A DNA stretch of 64,000 nt from an uncultured Methylomirabilota bacterium (GCA_963842855.1 CAWJHW010000003.1:696616-760615), one strand, 5' to 3'; counted from the first letter of the stretch, positions 27,486 through 38,242 are shown. Notes: generated by a model not told the origin, from the letters alone. Numbers and translations: made by a program.

Positions 27486-28130
27486 GTGCGGGCACAATTC
27501 GAGGAAGCAATGATAAAGCCTCCGGGGTCAAAACAACACCTCATCGCAGGCATGGTCCAGGTTGCGGTCAGTCCGGACCGCTCCCAGCTGGTTGGAAACT
27601 GCCCGACGTGCAGTTCGCGCCTCAGCGTCGAGGTTCGGAGTGACGGCACCTTTGGCAGCCTGGTCGCCTGCATGCGCTGCAAGCAGATTTACCGGGTCCA
27701 GCCACAAGAGGGCTCCGACTCACCGGGGGAGAATCCTCGCGGCTTCGGCGTCTCCTATGTGGTAATGGGTGTCTGGGATGTCACTGCCATCATGGAATAC
27801 CTGTTCGATAACATGGGACCTGTCAACCCGGTGGCGGGCGGATTTGTCTGCCAGCCGGACGAGTACCACGCCGATTATCCCTTCATCACAGTAAACCAGG
27901 GGGCCCGTACGATTCGGTTCAGCCTCTTTGGACAGTACCAGGAGCGCGAGGCAGCCCCCATCATCAATCAGGTGGTCTCGGAATTCGGGAACAGGTTCCA
28001 GCTGAACCTGTACCCCCTCGCCCTGGAGCGGTGGGAGTACCGGGACGAGGCCAAGGGATTCGCCCTGGTCGAGCGGCGGCCCCTCGGGACACTCCTGCGG
28101 GAACGGGCCAAGCGGCAGGCGCACGCCTGA
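27486..28130 (+). CDS. Hypothetical protein with N-terminal MJ0042-type zinc ribbon; C-terminal domain unknown
   Basis: ...LVGNCPTCSSRLSVEVRSDGTFGSLVACMRCKQIYRV... The rest has no motif I recognise. The true start may be the internal ATG (MIKPPG...). Confidence 0.4.
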   Translation: MRAQFEEAMIKPPGSKQHLIAGMVQVAVSPDRSQLVGNCPTCSSRLSVEVRSDGTFGSLVACMRCKQIYRVQPQEGSDSPGENPRGFGVSYVVMGVWDVTAIMEYLFDNMGPVNPVAGGFVCQPDEYHADYPFITVNQGARTIRFSLFGQYQEREAAPIINQVVSEFGNRFQLNLYPLALERWEYRDEAKGFALVERRPLGTLLRERAKRQAHA

Positions 28131-28188
28131 GGCCTCGACACAACCCCGTCTCTTCTCCCCGCCAAGCTCTCGATCAGGCGCACCGGCG

Positions 28189-28824
28189 TCACGCCCCACC
28201 CTTCGCAAATGGCCCCTCGAAATGCAGGAGCCCCCGCTCCCGAAGCGGGTTGCCCACCGTCTCGATGAACTGCTTCAAGATCCTCGCGGTCAGCCCCCAG
28301 ACGGTGTCCCCCTCGTGATCATAGAAGAAGACGGTGACGGGCCCACCCTCCCGCTCCCAGGTCTCCTCCCGGAACGGCGCGCCGGATAGCAAGGCTGAGA
28401 TCGGGAGATGGATCAACCGTTCGATCTCGAATGGATCCAGGCGGTAGGGGTATGGATGGGGAACGATCCCCACGAAGGGTCGGACCACGTGCCGCGACGT
28501 CACGGTCACCGTGTCGTCCAGCGTTCCGACGATCTCCACGTCCTCTGGGCGGAGCCCGATCTCTTCCCGGGCCTCTCGCAGCGCCGTGGTCAGCAGATCG
28601 CCATCCGCCTCTTCGAAGCCACCGCCGGGAAAGCTGATCTGCCGCTTGTGGGTTGGAACCAGCTCCGTCCGTTTGGTGAGGACGAGATGCGGCCCCGCCT
28701 CGCTTTGGTAGAGGGGCAGGAGGACCGCCGCCTGCCGAAAGCCCGGCCGGTCGGCTGTCCGCGCGACGCGTCGGCGGAGGATGCCGGCGATTGCGTCCGT
28801 GAAACTTCCGCGCTCCTCTCTCAC
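28189..28824 (-). CDS. NUDIX hydrolase (CoA pyrophosphatase-like)
   Basis: Nudix box FPGGGFEEADGDLLTTALREAREEIGL. Start uncertain (GTG 28824 or ATG 28920). Confidence 0.75.
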   Translation of the reverse strand: MREERGSFTDAIAGILRRRVARTADRPGFRQAAVLLPLYQSEAGPHLVLTKRTELVPTHKRQISFPGGGFEEADGDLLTTALREAREEIGLRPEDVEIVGTLDDTVTVTSRHVVRPFVGIVPHPYPYRLDPFEIERLIHLPISALLSGAPFREETWEREGGPVTVFFYDHEGDTVWGLTARILKQFIETVGNPLRERGLLHFEGPFAKGGA

Positions 28825-28963
28825 GGGTCCCCCGTCACCCCTCCGCCCTGGCCATCGGGACCTCGTCCGGGGATCCGGCCCGCGCGACCGGCGCCATTGC
28901 CGAGCGTCCCCCGGAAACACGACGAGGGGCTTCGGTGTGCCGCGAAGCCCCTCTCGGGATCCG

Positions 28964-29037
28964 TGGAGCGGGTAGCGGGGATCGAACCCGCATCCCAGGC
29001 TTGGGAAGCCTGTGCCCTACCATTGGACGATACCCGC
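28964..29037 (-). tRNA. tRNA-Gly (anticodon CCC), CCA encoded
   Basis: Reverse complement GCGGGTA-TC-GTCC-AATGGTA-GGGC-A-CAGGC-TTCCCAA-GCCTG-GGAT-GCGGG-TTCGATC-CCCGC-TACCCGC-T-CCA folds as a 74-nt cloverleaf with anticodon loop TTCCCAA. Confidence 0.9.
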
Positions 29038-29230
29038 GTGCCGCTCTTCCTACCAGATTGACCGACCTGTGTCAACTCCGTTCCGAAAGCGCGGCCCAGC
29101 CACGGGCCGACGGGGAATCGCTCCCTGGACGCCGGTGATCCCCGCGCGAGCCTTCGAGAGCCGAATACGTGCGCTCCGCCCGGCGTCCAACGGTATGAGC
29201 GTGATCAGAGAGGCGGTGCGGTCCCGCGGC

Positions 29231-29890
29231 TCACGCGCGCACGGAGGCGCACACGCGGGCCAGCACACATTCGGCGCACAGGGGGCGCTGGGCTTTGCAG
29301 ACCTGGCGCCCGTGCTGGACCAGGTGCAGGTGGAGAGCGTGGCGATCGTCGGGTGGGATGCGCGATTCCAGGAACTCTTGCGCCCTCTCGGGGGTCTGCC
29401 GGCCATCCACGAGTCCGAGGCGGCGGGAGACGCGAAACACGTGGGTGTCCACCGGGAATGCCGGCCGCCCCATGCCGAATAGCAGGACGCAGGCGATGGT
29501 CTTGCTGCCGATACCCTTGAAGCGCGCGAGGTAGGCCTGCACTTCATCGTCCGACAGGTCGCGGAGAAAGCTGAGGTCGAAGTGCCCCTGCTCCCCCCAG
29601 ATCTCCTCCAGGAGCGCCTTGATCCGGACCGCCTTGATGTTGGCCAGCCCGCCCGAACGAATGGTCGAGATCAGCGTCCGCAGCGGCGTCCGGTGCACGT
29701 CCTGCCAGTCGGGGAAGCGCTGGCGCAGCGCCGCATACGCCCGATCGCTGTTCGTGTCGCTGGTGTTCTGCGACAGGATCGTGTGGATCAGCGCGTTCAG
29801 CGGATTGTCGCGGCGGCGCAGCGGGCGGCGGGGGCCGTAGGCCTGGCGGAGCAGCGAGGCGACGCGAGCAAGCTTGACTGCGGGACGCAT
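29231..29890 (-). CDS. nth: Endonuclease III-family DNA glycosylase (HhH-GPD, 4Fe-4S)
   Basis: ...FKGIGSKTIACVLLFGMGRPAFPVDTHVFRV... C-terminal CKAQRPLCAECVLARVC = Cx6Cx2Cx5C. Confidence 0.85.
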   Translation of the reverse strand: MRPAVKLARVASLLRQAYGPRRPLRRRDNPLNALIHTILSQNTSDTNSDRAYAALRQRFPDWQDVHRTPLRTLISTIRSGGLANIKAVRIKALLEEIWGEQGHFDLSFLRDLSDDEVQAYLARFKGIGSKTIACVLLFGMGRPAFPVDTHVFRVSRRLGLVDGRQTPERAQEFLESRIPPDDRHALHLHLVQHGRQVCKAQRPLCAECVLARVCASVRA

Positions 29891-30085
29891 GAGGCCCTCG
29901 GGCGGGAAACGAACGTTACGCTAGCCCACGCGCCCGGGAAAGTCAATGCGAAAATCATGACGCGAAATGGGCCGGCGTCAACGGTCAGCACAGAATCGCC
30001 GCGGCCGTGAGCCTTTACTTCGCCCTGCCGGGTGTGTATAGTGTGCATGACGCCACGGAGGAACGCGAACAAGAGGAGAGATGAC

Positions 30086-30847
30086 ATGCGCACGCGACTG
30101 GTCGTGGGAATCGTACTCCTTCTGGCCCTCGGATGCTTGCCCGGTGTGGCCGCGGCCCAGTCAGCCCGTATGATCCTCGCCCTGGGCAGAACCGGCTTCC
30201 TGGATCCCAGGAGCATCCAGGCCGCCACGGGCGCCGAGGTGAAGGCGACGCTGGACACGTTCAAGCTCAAGGACTTCTCCGTCATCGTGTTGGCCAACAT
30301 CGCCTTTTCTGCGCTGCCCGACCCAGTCCAGCAGGGCCTGGTGCAGTACGTGTCGGCGGGTGGGGCGGTCCTCATCACCGGAGGATCCCAATCCTTCGGG
30401 AGCGGCGGGTACCAGGCCGTGGCCTCCATCCTCCCATTCCAGATCCGCTCCGCCGGCGATTGGCGGTTCACACCGTTCCGGCCGCCGGTGCCCATCCAGC
30501 CCGGCCACCCGATCCTGGCGGGCGTGAGCTTCATCACCGTCGGGAATCTCAACGACATGAACCCGCGCGCGGACGCCACGGAGATCTTGCAGGCTGCCGG
30601 CGGCGGGTCTGCGGCGGGCCGCGTCACGGGAGGGACTGGCGCAGGCGGTGTGCCCGGGACCGGCGCCAGCGGCGGCGGCTCCTACCCCTATCCCCTGATC
30701 GCCGAGCTGAGCGTGGGCGCCGGCCGCGTCATCGGCATCGCCCTCGATCTGAACGAGTTCGCCGGGATGCCGGACCGCGATCTCTTCGTCAAGAACACCA
30801 TCGGATACCTGTTGAATGCTTCCCGGATCGGGCCGCCGACCCGCTGA
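30086..30847 (+). CDS. Exported hypothetical protein (possible class-I glutamine-amidotransferase-like/ThuA-like fold)
   Basis: Signal peptide MRTRLVVGIVLLLALGCLPGVAAAQ. ...VQYVSAGGAVLITGG... and a Gly-rich linker. Fold assignment is weak. Confidence 0.35.
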   Translation: MRTRLVVGIVLLLALGCLPGVAAAQSARMILALGRTGFLDPRSIQAATGAEVKATLDTFKLKDFSVIVLANIAFSALPDPVQQGLVQYVSAGGAVLITGGSQSFGSGGYQAVASILPFQIRSAGDWRFTPFRPPVPIQPGHPILAGVSFITVGNLNDMNPRADATEILQAAGGGSAAGRVTGGTGAGGVPGTGASGGGSYPYPLIAELSVGAGRVIGIALDLNEFAGMPDRDLFVKNTIGYLLNASRIGPPTR

Positions 30848-30943
30848 GGGGGCGCACGTCCATACCCATTGGAGGCCACAAGCTCCTGCCCTTCGCCCCG
30901 GGCGCGGCGCGATCCGCCACTCCTGACCCAGAGGAGCGGTACG

Positions 30944-31147
30944 ATGCAGATCACCAAAGACATGACGATCGAGGAGGTCGTCCAGCAGTTCCCGGAGACA
31001 GTCCAGGTCTTCAGCCGGTACGGCGTGGGTTGCGTGGGATGCTCGGCGGCCCAGTACGACAACGTCGAGCGGGGCGTGGTCCTTCACGGCCTGGATACCG
31101 ACCAGCTGGTGCAGGAGTTGAACGCCTGCATCACCGCCCATTCGTAG
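30944..31147 (+). CDS. DUF1858 / hybrid-cluster-associated redox disulfide-type small protein
   Basis: MQITKDMTIEEVVQQFPETVQVFSRYGVGCVGCSAAQYDNVERGVVLHGLD... Confidence 0.65.
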   Translation: MQITKDMTIEEVVQQFPETVQVFSRYGVGCVGCSAAQYDNVERGVVLHGLDTDQLVQELNACITAHS

Positions 31148-31177
31148 GACGGCCCGCGCTCAGGGTGGGAGAGGGGA

Positions 31178-31945
31178 ATGTTCAACACACTCCGTCGTGA
31201 CATCCGCGCAGTCTTCGAACGCGACCCGGCCGCCCGCAGCCTGGCGGAAGTCCTGTTGTGCTACCCAGGTCTGCACGCCGTCTGGATCTACCGCCTGGCC
31301 CACGCCTGCTGGCAGCATCACCTGAAATTCATCGGCCGTTTCCTCTCTCACCTCAACCGGTTCCTCACCGGGATCGAGATCCACCCCGGCGCTCGTCTAG
31401 GACCCGGTCTGTTCATCGATCACGGCATGGGCGTGGTCATCGGCGAGACGGCCGAGGTCGGCGAGAACGTGACAATCTACCAGGGAGTCACCCTGGGCGG
31501 CACCAGCCTGGAGAAAGTCAAGCGCCATCCCACCATCGGCGACAACGTGGTGATCGGCTCGGGGGCCAAGGTGCTGGGCCCCTTCACCGTGGGAGACAAC
31601 AGCCGGATCGGATCCGGGTCGGTGGTGGTGAAGGCGGTCCCGCCCAACTCGGTGGTGGTCGGCATCCCCGGCCGCATCACGCACCGGGACGGGAAGAGGG
31701 TGGAGCACGGCGTGGACCTCAACATGACCGACCTGCCTGACCCGGTGGCCAAGGCCCTCCAGTTCCTGACCCACCGCCTGGCGGAACTCGAGCGCGCGAT
31801 CGAGGAGCTGAGGAGATTGCGGCCCTCCGCTCCCCACGCTCAGGCTGGTGGTCCGGACGACGCCGCCCGGGCACCCGACGATGCGCCAGGCAAGCATGCC
31901 CCCGGCGAGGTGCGGGGCGCCGTGCGACGAGGGCCTCAGGAGTGA
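31178..31945 (+). CDS. cysE: Serine O-acetyltransferase
   Basis: ...[27 protein letters not shown]..., [43 protein letters not shown], hexapeptide repeats. Confidence 0.9.
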   Translation: MFNTLRRDIRAVFERDPAARSLAEVLLCYPGLHAVWIYRLAHACWQHHLKFIGRFLSHLNRFLTGIEIHPGARLGPGLFIDHGMGVVIGETAEVGENVTIYQGVTLGGTSLEKVKRHPTIGDNVVIGSGAKVLGPFTVGDNSRIGSGSVVVKAVPPNSVVVGIPGRITHRDGKRVEHGVDLNMTDLPDPVAKALQFLTHRLAELERAIEELRRLRPSAPHAQAGGPDDAARAPDDAPGKHAPGEVRGAVRRGPQE

Positions 31946-33294
31946 CGGTGGTCGGGCGGGTCGAGCGGATTGATCACCAACCCGCTCAAGACCTTGGGAT
32001 AGAAGAAGGTGGATTTCTGGGGCATCCGCTCGCCGCCCAGGGCCACGGCTTGGACCTGCTCCACCCGCGGCGGATTCTGGAACAACGCGAGGTGCGCCTC
32101 CCCCGACGCGACCGCGGTCAGGGCGACCGTCTCGTCCCGGGTGTAGGAGATGCTGTCATCCGCCTGCCCCGTCGGCCGGATCCCTAGGACCCCCTCGATC
32201 ACCACGCGATGCAGGACGGCCACGTCCAGCCGCGCAAACTCTGGCGAGTGGCCGGCCGTCACCAGATCCTGAACGACGGTCGGGTCGGCCAGCTCCAGCA
32301 CGAAAAGCTCGTGGTCCCCGGCATACAGGCCGAAGAGGACGGCGTCGCGACGCCGCCGGTGAATGCCCGCCAGGGCGATGCGAAGGGACATCACCGGATT
32401 TCCCGGATCCAGCGGGAAGGCCTCCGTCCGGAAGTGTCGCTCCAGGGCCCGCCGCAACCCTTCCCGCGCCACCACCGGGCGCTGCCGGATCACCCGATGC
32501 GTCGGCAGGATGACGAGGCCCGGGTCATCCGCACTCACCAGATACATGAGGACGAAATCATGCAGGCGGGGCGGGGCGGCCTGGGAGGCTCCCGTTTCCT
32601 TCGCCCGGCGCTCGTCTCGAAAACTCAGGGCCGTCTCGTACCGGTGATGGCCGTCGGCGATGACGATCGGCTTATCCCGGAACGCCTGGATCAGCCCTGC
32701 CACGCTGGCCGGCTCCCGGAGGATCCACATCCGGTGGCGGATGTCATCCTCGTCGAGGAGCTGGACCTGGGGGTCCGCCTCCATGCAGCGGTCGAGGATG
32801 GCCTGGATGGGCCCGTCGGGGCCCGGGTAGAAGCCGAAGACGGGATCCAGATTGGCGGGGCAGGCGCGCATGAGCCGCAGCCGGTCCTCCCGGTACTTGG
32901 CGAAGGTCCGCTCGTGCGGGAACACGATCTTCTCGTCGTAGCGCGCCAGGCGCACCAGTGCCATGAAGCCGCGCCGCCGGACGCGATGCCCCTCGCCGAG
33001 CGAGAATTCCTGCTCCGAGACGTAGATGCCTGGCGCCGGGTCGCGGGCCAGGATCTCTTCTGCCTGCCAGGCAAGGAGGGTCCGGGCGGCCCGGGCGTAC
33101 CGGTCATGCTCCGGCCCCCCGGCCTCGCCTTCTTTGGACAGGATCAACCGGACGACGTTGTGGGGATGCCTGGCGTGATAGCGCTCCTGCGCCTCCGGAG
33201 AGATCACGTCGTATGGCGGCGCCACCACGAGCTTCAGGTCGGGGACGAACCGCGGGGTGTAGCGTAGGGCGCAAAACGGAATGATCTCGGCCAT
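31936..33294 (-). CDS. DUF1015-family protein
   Basis: [14 protein letters not shown]...[17 protein letters not shown]... and ...[12 protein letters not shown]... Confidence 0.8.
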   Translation of the reverse strand: MAEIIPFCALRYTPRFVPDLKLVVAPPYDVISPEAQERYHARHPHNVVRLILSKEGEAGGPEHDRYARAARTLLAWQAEEILARDPAPGIYVSEQEFSLGEGHRVRRRGFMALVRLARYDEKIVFPHERTFAKYREDRLRLMRACPANLDPVFGFYPGPDGPIQAILDRCMEADPQVQLLDEDDIRHRMWILREPASVAGLIQAFRDKPIVIADGHHRYETALSFRDERRAKETGASQAAPPRLHDFVLMYLVSADDPGLVILPTHRVIRQRPVVAREGLRRALERHFRTEAFPLDPGNPVMSLRIALAGIHRRRRDAVLFGLYAGDHELFVLELADPTVVQDLVTAGHSPEFARLDVAVLHRVVIEGVLGIRPTGQADDSISYTRDETVALTAVASGEAHLALFQNPPRVEQVQAVALGGERMPQKSTFFYPKVLSGLVINPLDPPDHRHS

Positions 33295-34039
33295 GCGTCT
33301 TGTCCAGGGCAGGAAGACTGGTCAGCCCGGCGGCGGAGCATCCAGCCGCAACGCGCCGGGTCCGGAGGCCTCCACGGCGGCGACGAACCTACTCGGGCGC
33401 CTCTTTCGTGTCAAGGGAAAAGCCGGAGGTCGCCCAGCGCTGTTCGCGCTTCCGCTACTCTTTCTCATGGCGGCCTGTGCCGGCCCGACCCTTCGCCCAG
33501 AGACGCGCACCGGAACCGGCGCCATCGTGCAAGAGATGCCGTCCCTCCGCGTCTCCGTCGAGGCCGAGGCATGGAACGGGCGGCCTCGGAACCTCCCGGA
33601 TTACGTCCTCCCCTTCCTGATCATGCTCACGAACACCGGGACGGCCCCGGTTGCCGTCACGCGGGCGGACTTCGTCTTGCTGGACGACGCGAACCGGCAG
33701 TACCTCCCCTTGGCGCCGTCCGAGGTGGTCACCCTGCTGGGGGGACGGTCTTCGGGCGTGGGCGTATCGCCCTCGGTGGGAGTCTCGGGCCCCACGGGCG
33801 GCTCGACCTCGGCCGGGGTGGGGCTGGGGATCCTCCTCGGCGGCTACGGCGCCGACACCCGAGACGTCATTCCCCAGGCGCTGCCGGAGGGCCCCATCCT
33901 GCCGGGTGCAGAGGTGAAGGGCTTCCTATACTTCCTCCGCCCGGCCCCCGGATACAAGAGCCTCCGCGTCGTCGTGGCCCCCCAGGGGCTTCCCGAGAAG
34001 CCCCGCCTCGACTTCGAATTCCGCCGGACCGGCTCCTAG
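33281..34039 (+). CDS. Putative lipoprotein, unknown function (start uncertain)
   Basis: Lipobox-like ...LFALPLLFLMAAC|AGP. No canonical start codon close to the signal peptide. The ORF start overlaps the divergent DUF1015 start. Confidence 0.4.
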   Translation: MISAMRLVQGRKTGQPGGGASSRNAPGPEASTAATNLLGRLFRVKGKAGGRPALFALPLLFLMAACAGPTLRPETRTGTGAIVQEMPSLRVSVEAEAWNGRPRNLPDYVLPFLIMLTNTGTAPVAVTRADFVLLDDANRQYLPLAPSEVVTLLGGRSSGVGVSPSVGVSGPTGGSTSAGVGLGILLGGYGADTRDVIPQALPEGPILPGAEVKGFLYFLRPAPGYKSLRVVVAPQGLPEKPRLDFEFRRTGS

Positions 34040-34122
34040 CCCGAATCCGAAATTCTCAACCGCCAAGTCGCCAATTCTTTCCCTCAGCGTCATGGCGGTT
34101 CAAGGTTTCTCTCGGAGCAGGG

Positions 34123-35199
34123 CTAGGGTGGGCTGACCTGTTGCTGCGACTCCTCGGCGAATCGAAGCAAGGCCAGGACGAGGGCGATCACGACCGGCCC
34201 TAGGACCATGCCGATGGGACCGAAGGCCGCGACCCCGCCCACGAGGCCCAGCAGGACCGGGAGCGTCGAGATCTGGGCCCGACCCGCGATGAAGCGGGGC
34301 CGGATGAGATTGTCTGCGGATGTGACCACGGCCAGACCCCAGACCGCCAGGAACAACCCCGCCGCCCAGCGGCCCTGCACCCCAAGCACCACGGCGGCAG
34401 GCACCCACACCAGCGACGCCCCGACCAGAGGCACGAGCGAGGCGACCGCGCCCAGGGCTCCGAACACCAGGGGCGACGGCAGGCGAACGAGGGCGAAGGC
34501 GATCCCGACGAGCGTGCCCTGGACGGTGGCCGTCAGCAGCGCGCCCAGCAGCACCGCCCGGGTGACGGCGGCGAGATGCTCGACGAGGCGCGCCTTCCGC
34601 TCCGCATCCAGCGGGATCAGCAGCAACACCCTCTGTGCCATCCCCTCCCCATCCCGCAGGAAGAAAAAGAGGAGGAGGAGCGTCATGGCCACGCCGACGG
34701 CCGCGCCCAGGGCTCCGACGAAGAACGATCCGCCAATCGAGGCCAGCAGTTGCAGCAGGCTCTTCGCTCCCTCCAGCATCCCCCCCTGAATCTGATCCGC
34801 CGTGACTGGCACCAACGCCTTGATCCAGCGGATGATCCGGTCCAGGATCGGCGCTCGAAGGAGGTCGCTCGGCCGGGCGATCCAGTACTGCACGGCAGCC
34901 CTTTGCACCTGGCCAACCAAGTCGGAGGTCTGGCGTGCGAAGGCAACGGCCAGCAGCACGGCCGGGCCTACCAAGAGAAGGATTACGGCGAGGGTGAGGA
35001 CGATGGCCGCGGCGCTCCGGCGCCCACCCAGGGCACGCCGCAGTTTCACGTTCACCGGGAACAGGAGGAAGGCCAGCAGGAGCCCCCAGAGGATGGACCC
35101 GATGAACGGTTGGAGGATCCTGAAGAGTGCAAAGGCGAGAAGGCCCGCGACGGCGAGGGCGAACACCCGGGGGTAGAACGAACCGTCGGTCTGATTCAT
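34123..35199 (-). CDS. AI-2E family transporter (PerM/UPF0118)
   Basis: Multi-TM ...FYPRVFALAVAGLLAFALFRILQPFIGSILWGLLLAFLLFPV... and ...LVPLVGASLVWVPAAVVL... Start taken at MNQTDGSF. Confidence 0.8.
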   Translation of the reverse strand: MNQTDGSFYPRVFALAVAGLLAFALFRILQPFIGSILWGLLLAFLLFPVNVKLRRALGGRRSAAAIVLTLAVILLLVGPAVLLAVAFARQTSDLVGQVQRAAVQYWIARPSDLLRAPILDRIIRWIKALVPVTADQIQGGMLEGAKSLLQLLASIGGSFFVGALGAAVGVAMTLLLLFFFLRDGEGMAQRVLLLIPLDAERKARLVEHLAAVTRAVLLGALLTATVQGTLVGIAFALVRLPSPLVFGALGAVASLVPLVGASLVWVPAAVVLGVQGRWAAGLFLAVWGLAVVTSADNLIRPRFIAGRAQISTLPVLLGLVGGVAAFGPIGMVLGPVVIALVLALLRFAEESQQQVSPP

Positions 35200-35349
35200 C
35201 GGATGTGTGCCCCCCTCGCCTGAGGGCCCATCGTGGCTCGCCCCGTACGCCCCACACGCCGTCCCGCCGGCGCCCCGCTCCCCCAAGGGAGAGAGCCCTT
35301 CACCGCTGGCACGCGCCCCACTCCGGCAACATGTCTTCGCTCCGACAGG

Positions 35350-36060
35350 TTACTGCCGCGCGGCTACCTTGGCGATCGCCTGGATGAGCTCGGCAGACTG
35401 CGGGTTCGTCACCGCCCCCCGAATGAGGATGTCCATGGGGGTGACGTCCTTGCCGTAGTAGGCCTTGTTCAATGCGCCCCGGGTCGCCACCACCGCCCCA
35501 TCGAGCGAGATGCCGGCGTACAGTCCCTTGGCCCGCGTGTAGGCGATGATGTCCGCGCTCAGGTTGGCGGTGGACGCCGACGCGCCCGCCCCGACGGGCC
35601 CCACGGCGATCCCGACGTCCGCGCCGAGCTTCACGCTGCTGGCTTGCAGGGCCGCGATGCCCCGCTCGCTCATCACCAGTAGGATCACCTCCGACGCATC
35701 GCCGCCGGCCTGCAGGCCGAGGCTCGCCGCCCCGATGGTGTAGAAGGCCGGCCCGCTCCACTGGCTCGTCTTCTCATCGCGCGCCAGCAAGACCCCGCTC
35801 CCGCCGGACACGCCGATGATGAAGGCCCCCCGGAGGACCTGCGGGGCGATATACACGCCCTTGGCTTCCTTGATCAGACGGCGAAACGCATCCATGTCCG
35901 GATCCGCAACGAAGCTTTCGACCGTGAGTCGGGCCTTGTCCACCAGCTGCCTGGCCTCCTGCAGGTCGTCGGCATACGCCGGCACCGGGCCGCCGGTCAG
36001 CGTGGCGACAGCCAGCACGCCGGCGAGGACGCCCGCACCCATCCACGACAGCCTATGCAT
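35350..36060 (-). CDS. SYLF/Ysc84 (DUF500) lipid-binding-domain protein, exported
   Basis: ...VYIAPQVLRGAFIIGVSGGSGVLLARDEKTSQWSGPAFYTIGAASLGLQAGGDASEVILLVMSERG... AAGGAG lies 8 nt upstream of ATG 36060. Confidence 0.7.
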   Translation of the reverse strand: MHRLSWMGAGVLAGVLAVATLTGGPVPAYADDLQEARQLVDKARLTVESFVADPDMDAFRRLIKEAKGVYIAPQVLRGAFIIGVSGGSGVLLARDEKTSQWSGPAFYTIGAASLGLQAGGDASEVILLVMSERGIAALQASSVKLGADVGIAVGPVGAGASASTANLSADIIAYTRAKGLYAGISLDGAVVATRGALNKAYYGKDVTPMDILIRGAVTNPQSAELIQAIAKVAARQ

Positions 36061-36401
36061 TCTTCTCTCTCCTTTCATCATCCCTACCTTTCGTGTGTGC
36101 GGCCCGGCCGACCTCAGGGCTTGGCCGCCCCGAGGACCTCCGGACCATGCAAGAGCCCGATCCTCCCGACTGCCCGTCCGATCCGCTGCGGGACGGGACG
36201 CGCATCCGGCGCTGCCACGCGCCTCCCCAGGACGAGAACTATAAACCATAATACCCCTCGCGCCAAGTCACATGCGACGGGGCGGGCTCGGGGCGAAGGT
36301 CGGCAGGCTTACGACACACATGACTAGCATCTCCGGCGGGTCTTTGATAAGCTCCCGCCGGGCAATCATCGACTCCTCTCTCTGCCAGGAGGAACGGAAT
36401 C

Positions 36402-37868
36402 ATGACGCTCGCAGCCAACAAGACCAAGATCGTGTGCACGATCGGGCCGGCGTCCGAGTCCCCGGCGGTCATGGAACAGATGATCCGGGCGGGCATGAAC
36501 GTCGCCCGGCTCAACTTCTCGCACGGGGATTTCGCTGGCCACAAGAAAGTGATCCAGAGCCTCCGGGCCGCGGCGCAAGCGACCGGGCGACGGGTGGCCA
36601 TCATGGGCGACCTCCCCGGCCCCAAGATCCGGATCGGCCAATTGGCCGAGGAGCCGGTGGAGCTGAAACCGGGGGACACCTTCGTCCTGACGACGCAGGA
36701 GGTGATCGGGGATGCCGGCCGGGCCTCGGTGACCTTCGCCCACCTCCCGCAGGTAGTGAAGCCCACGGACACGATCTATCTGAACGACGGCATCATCCAG
36801 CTCGAGGTCGTGAGGGTGCAGGGGGCGGAGGTCGCCTGCCAGGTGGTCGTAGGCGGCGAGCTGCGCTCCCACAAGGGCCTCAATCTGCCAGGAATTGATC
36901 TGGGCATCAGTGCCTTCACGGATCACGACCACGCGTGCCTGCAGTTCGCGATGGAGCAGGGGCTGGACGCGGTCAGCCAGTCCTTCGTCGAGTCCGGCGA
37001 CGATATTACGGCCGTGCGCAAGGCCGCAGCCGACCTCGGGTACCGCCCCTTCGTCATCGCCAAGATCGAGCGTGCCCGGGCGCGTGACCACATCGAGGCC
37101 ATTCTCGACGCGGCGGACGGCATCATGGTCGCCCGCGGAGATCTGGGCGTGGAGATCCCCATCCAGCAGATCCCGATCGTCCAGAAGTCGCTCGTGCGCC
37201 AGGCTAACCTGCGGGGGAAGCCGGTCATCACGGCCACCCAGATGCTGGAGTCCATGACCACCAACCGACGGCCCACCCGGGCCGAGGCGACGGACGTGGC
37301 CAACGCCATCCTGGACGGCACCGACTGCGTGATGCTGTCGGGCGAGTCGGCCATGGGCAAGTACCCCGTGGAAGCCGTGGCCATGCTGGCAAGCATCGCC
37401 GAGGCCATCGAGCCGTGCCGACCCAGCCATTCCGCCCGGGAGACGCTGAAGGCGATCGATCAGAGAGACCAGGTGAGCCTCACCGATCTGATCTCCCTGA
37501 GCGTCGAGACGACCCTGGAGCACATCGCGCCGGCTGCCGTGTTCGTCCCCACCCACAGCGGGGAAACCGCCAGGCGCATCACCCGGTTCAGGCTTCCGGT
37601 GTGGATCGTGGCCGTGAGTTCCCAGGAAGCGACGTGCCAGCGGCTTCAGTTCTCCTATGGGGTGTTCCCGGTGTACGAGCCCGATCATCCGGACGACTGG
37701 AACGCCTACGTCCGGGAGTGGCTGCGGGCGCATGAGGTCGAGGGGAACCTCGTGGTGCTGACCGAGGGGCCGTCGGCGAAGCGCCCCGAGACGAACAACC
37801 GGGTGGAGATCATCGATCTCGGCCGGACCCCCGCCCCTCCGGGGTCCCGCGGCGGCGCCAGGACCTGA
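36402..37868 (+). CDS. pyk: Pyruvate kinase
   Basis: KTKIVCTIGPASESPAVMEQMIRAGMNVARLNFSHGDF, MVARGDLGVEIP, ATQMLESM. Confidence 0.92.
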   Translation: MTLAANKTKIVCTIGPASESPAVMEQMIRAGMNVARLNFSHGDFAGHKKVIQSLRAAAQATGRRVAIMGDLPGPKIRIGQLAEEPVELKPGDTFVLTTQEVIGDAGRASVTFAHLPQVVKPTDTIYLNDGIIQLEVVRVQGAEVACQVVVGGELRSHKGLNLPGIDLGISAFTDHDHACLQFAMEQGLDAVSQSFVESGDDITAVRKAAADLGYRPFVIAKIERARARDHIEAILDAADGIMVARGDLGVEIPIQQIPIVQKSLVRQANLRGKPVITATQMLESMTTNRRPTRAEATDVANAILDGTDCVMLSGESAMGKYPVEAVAMLASIAEAIEPCRPSHSARETLKAIDQRDQVSLTDLISLSVETTLEHIAPAAVFVPTHSGETARRITRFRLPVWIVAVSSQEATCQRLQFSYGVFPVYEPDHPDDWNAYVREWLRAHEVEGNLVVLTEGPSAKRPETNNRVEIIDLGRTPAPPGSRGGART

Positions 37869-37924
37869 TGCTGCCACGCCCCCAGCCGCCGCGCGGGGGA
37901 TCCTCTCAGGTCAGTGCTCTGCGG

Positions 37925-38242
37925 TCAGCTCGCTTTTTCCTTCTTTCCGAGCTTGGCCTGGACGCTGGCCACCTTGTCGGCCATGCCTTGATCCCGGTCG
38001 GTCCGCGTTCCGAGCTTGATGATGGTCGAGATGCGCGGGGCCCCCATCGCGTGAACCACCTCGTGGCAGCGCTTGATCGCCGTGAACACCGTATCCCATT
38101 CCCCCTCGATGTTGGTCCCGTAGGCGTGGAGCTGGGTCTTCAGACCGGCCTCTGAGAGAATCTGTTCGCAGGCCGCGACGTAACTGGATACGGAGACCCC
38201 GACCCCGAGGGGTACGAGGCAGAAATCGACGATGGCCTTCAT
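37925..38242 (-). CDS. MTH1187/YkoF-family (thiamine-binding-like, DUF77) protein
   Basis: MKAIVDFCLVPLGVGVSVSSYVAACEQILSEAGLKTQLHAYGTNIEGEWDTVFTAIKRCHE... Confidence 0.75.
   Translation of the reverse strand: MKAIVDFCLVPLGVGVSVSSYVAACEQILSEAGLKTQLHAYGTNIEGEWDTVFTAIKRCHEVVHAMGAPRISTIIKLGTRTDRDQGMADKVASVQAKLGKKEKAS

Noticed and set aside
31936-31945. 10-bp overlap of the convergent cysE and DUF1015 3' ends as something functional
   Set aside because: Small convergent overlaps are common in compact GC-rich genomes. The cysE C-terminal tail is poorly conserved, and its true stop may not matter.
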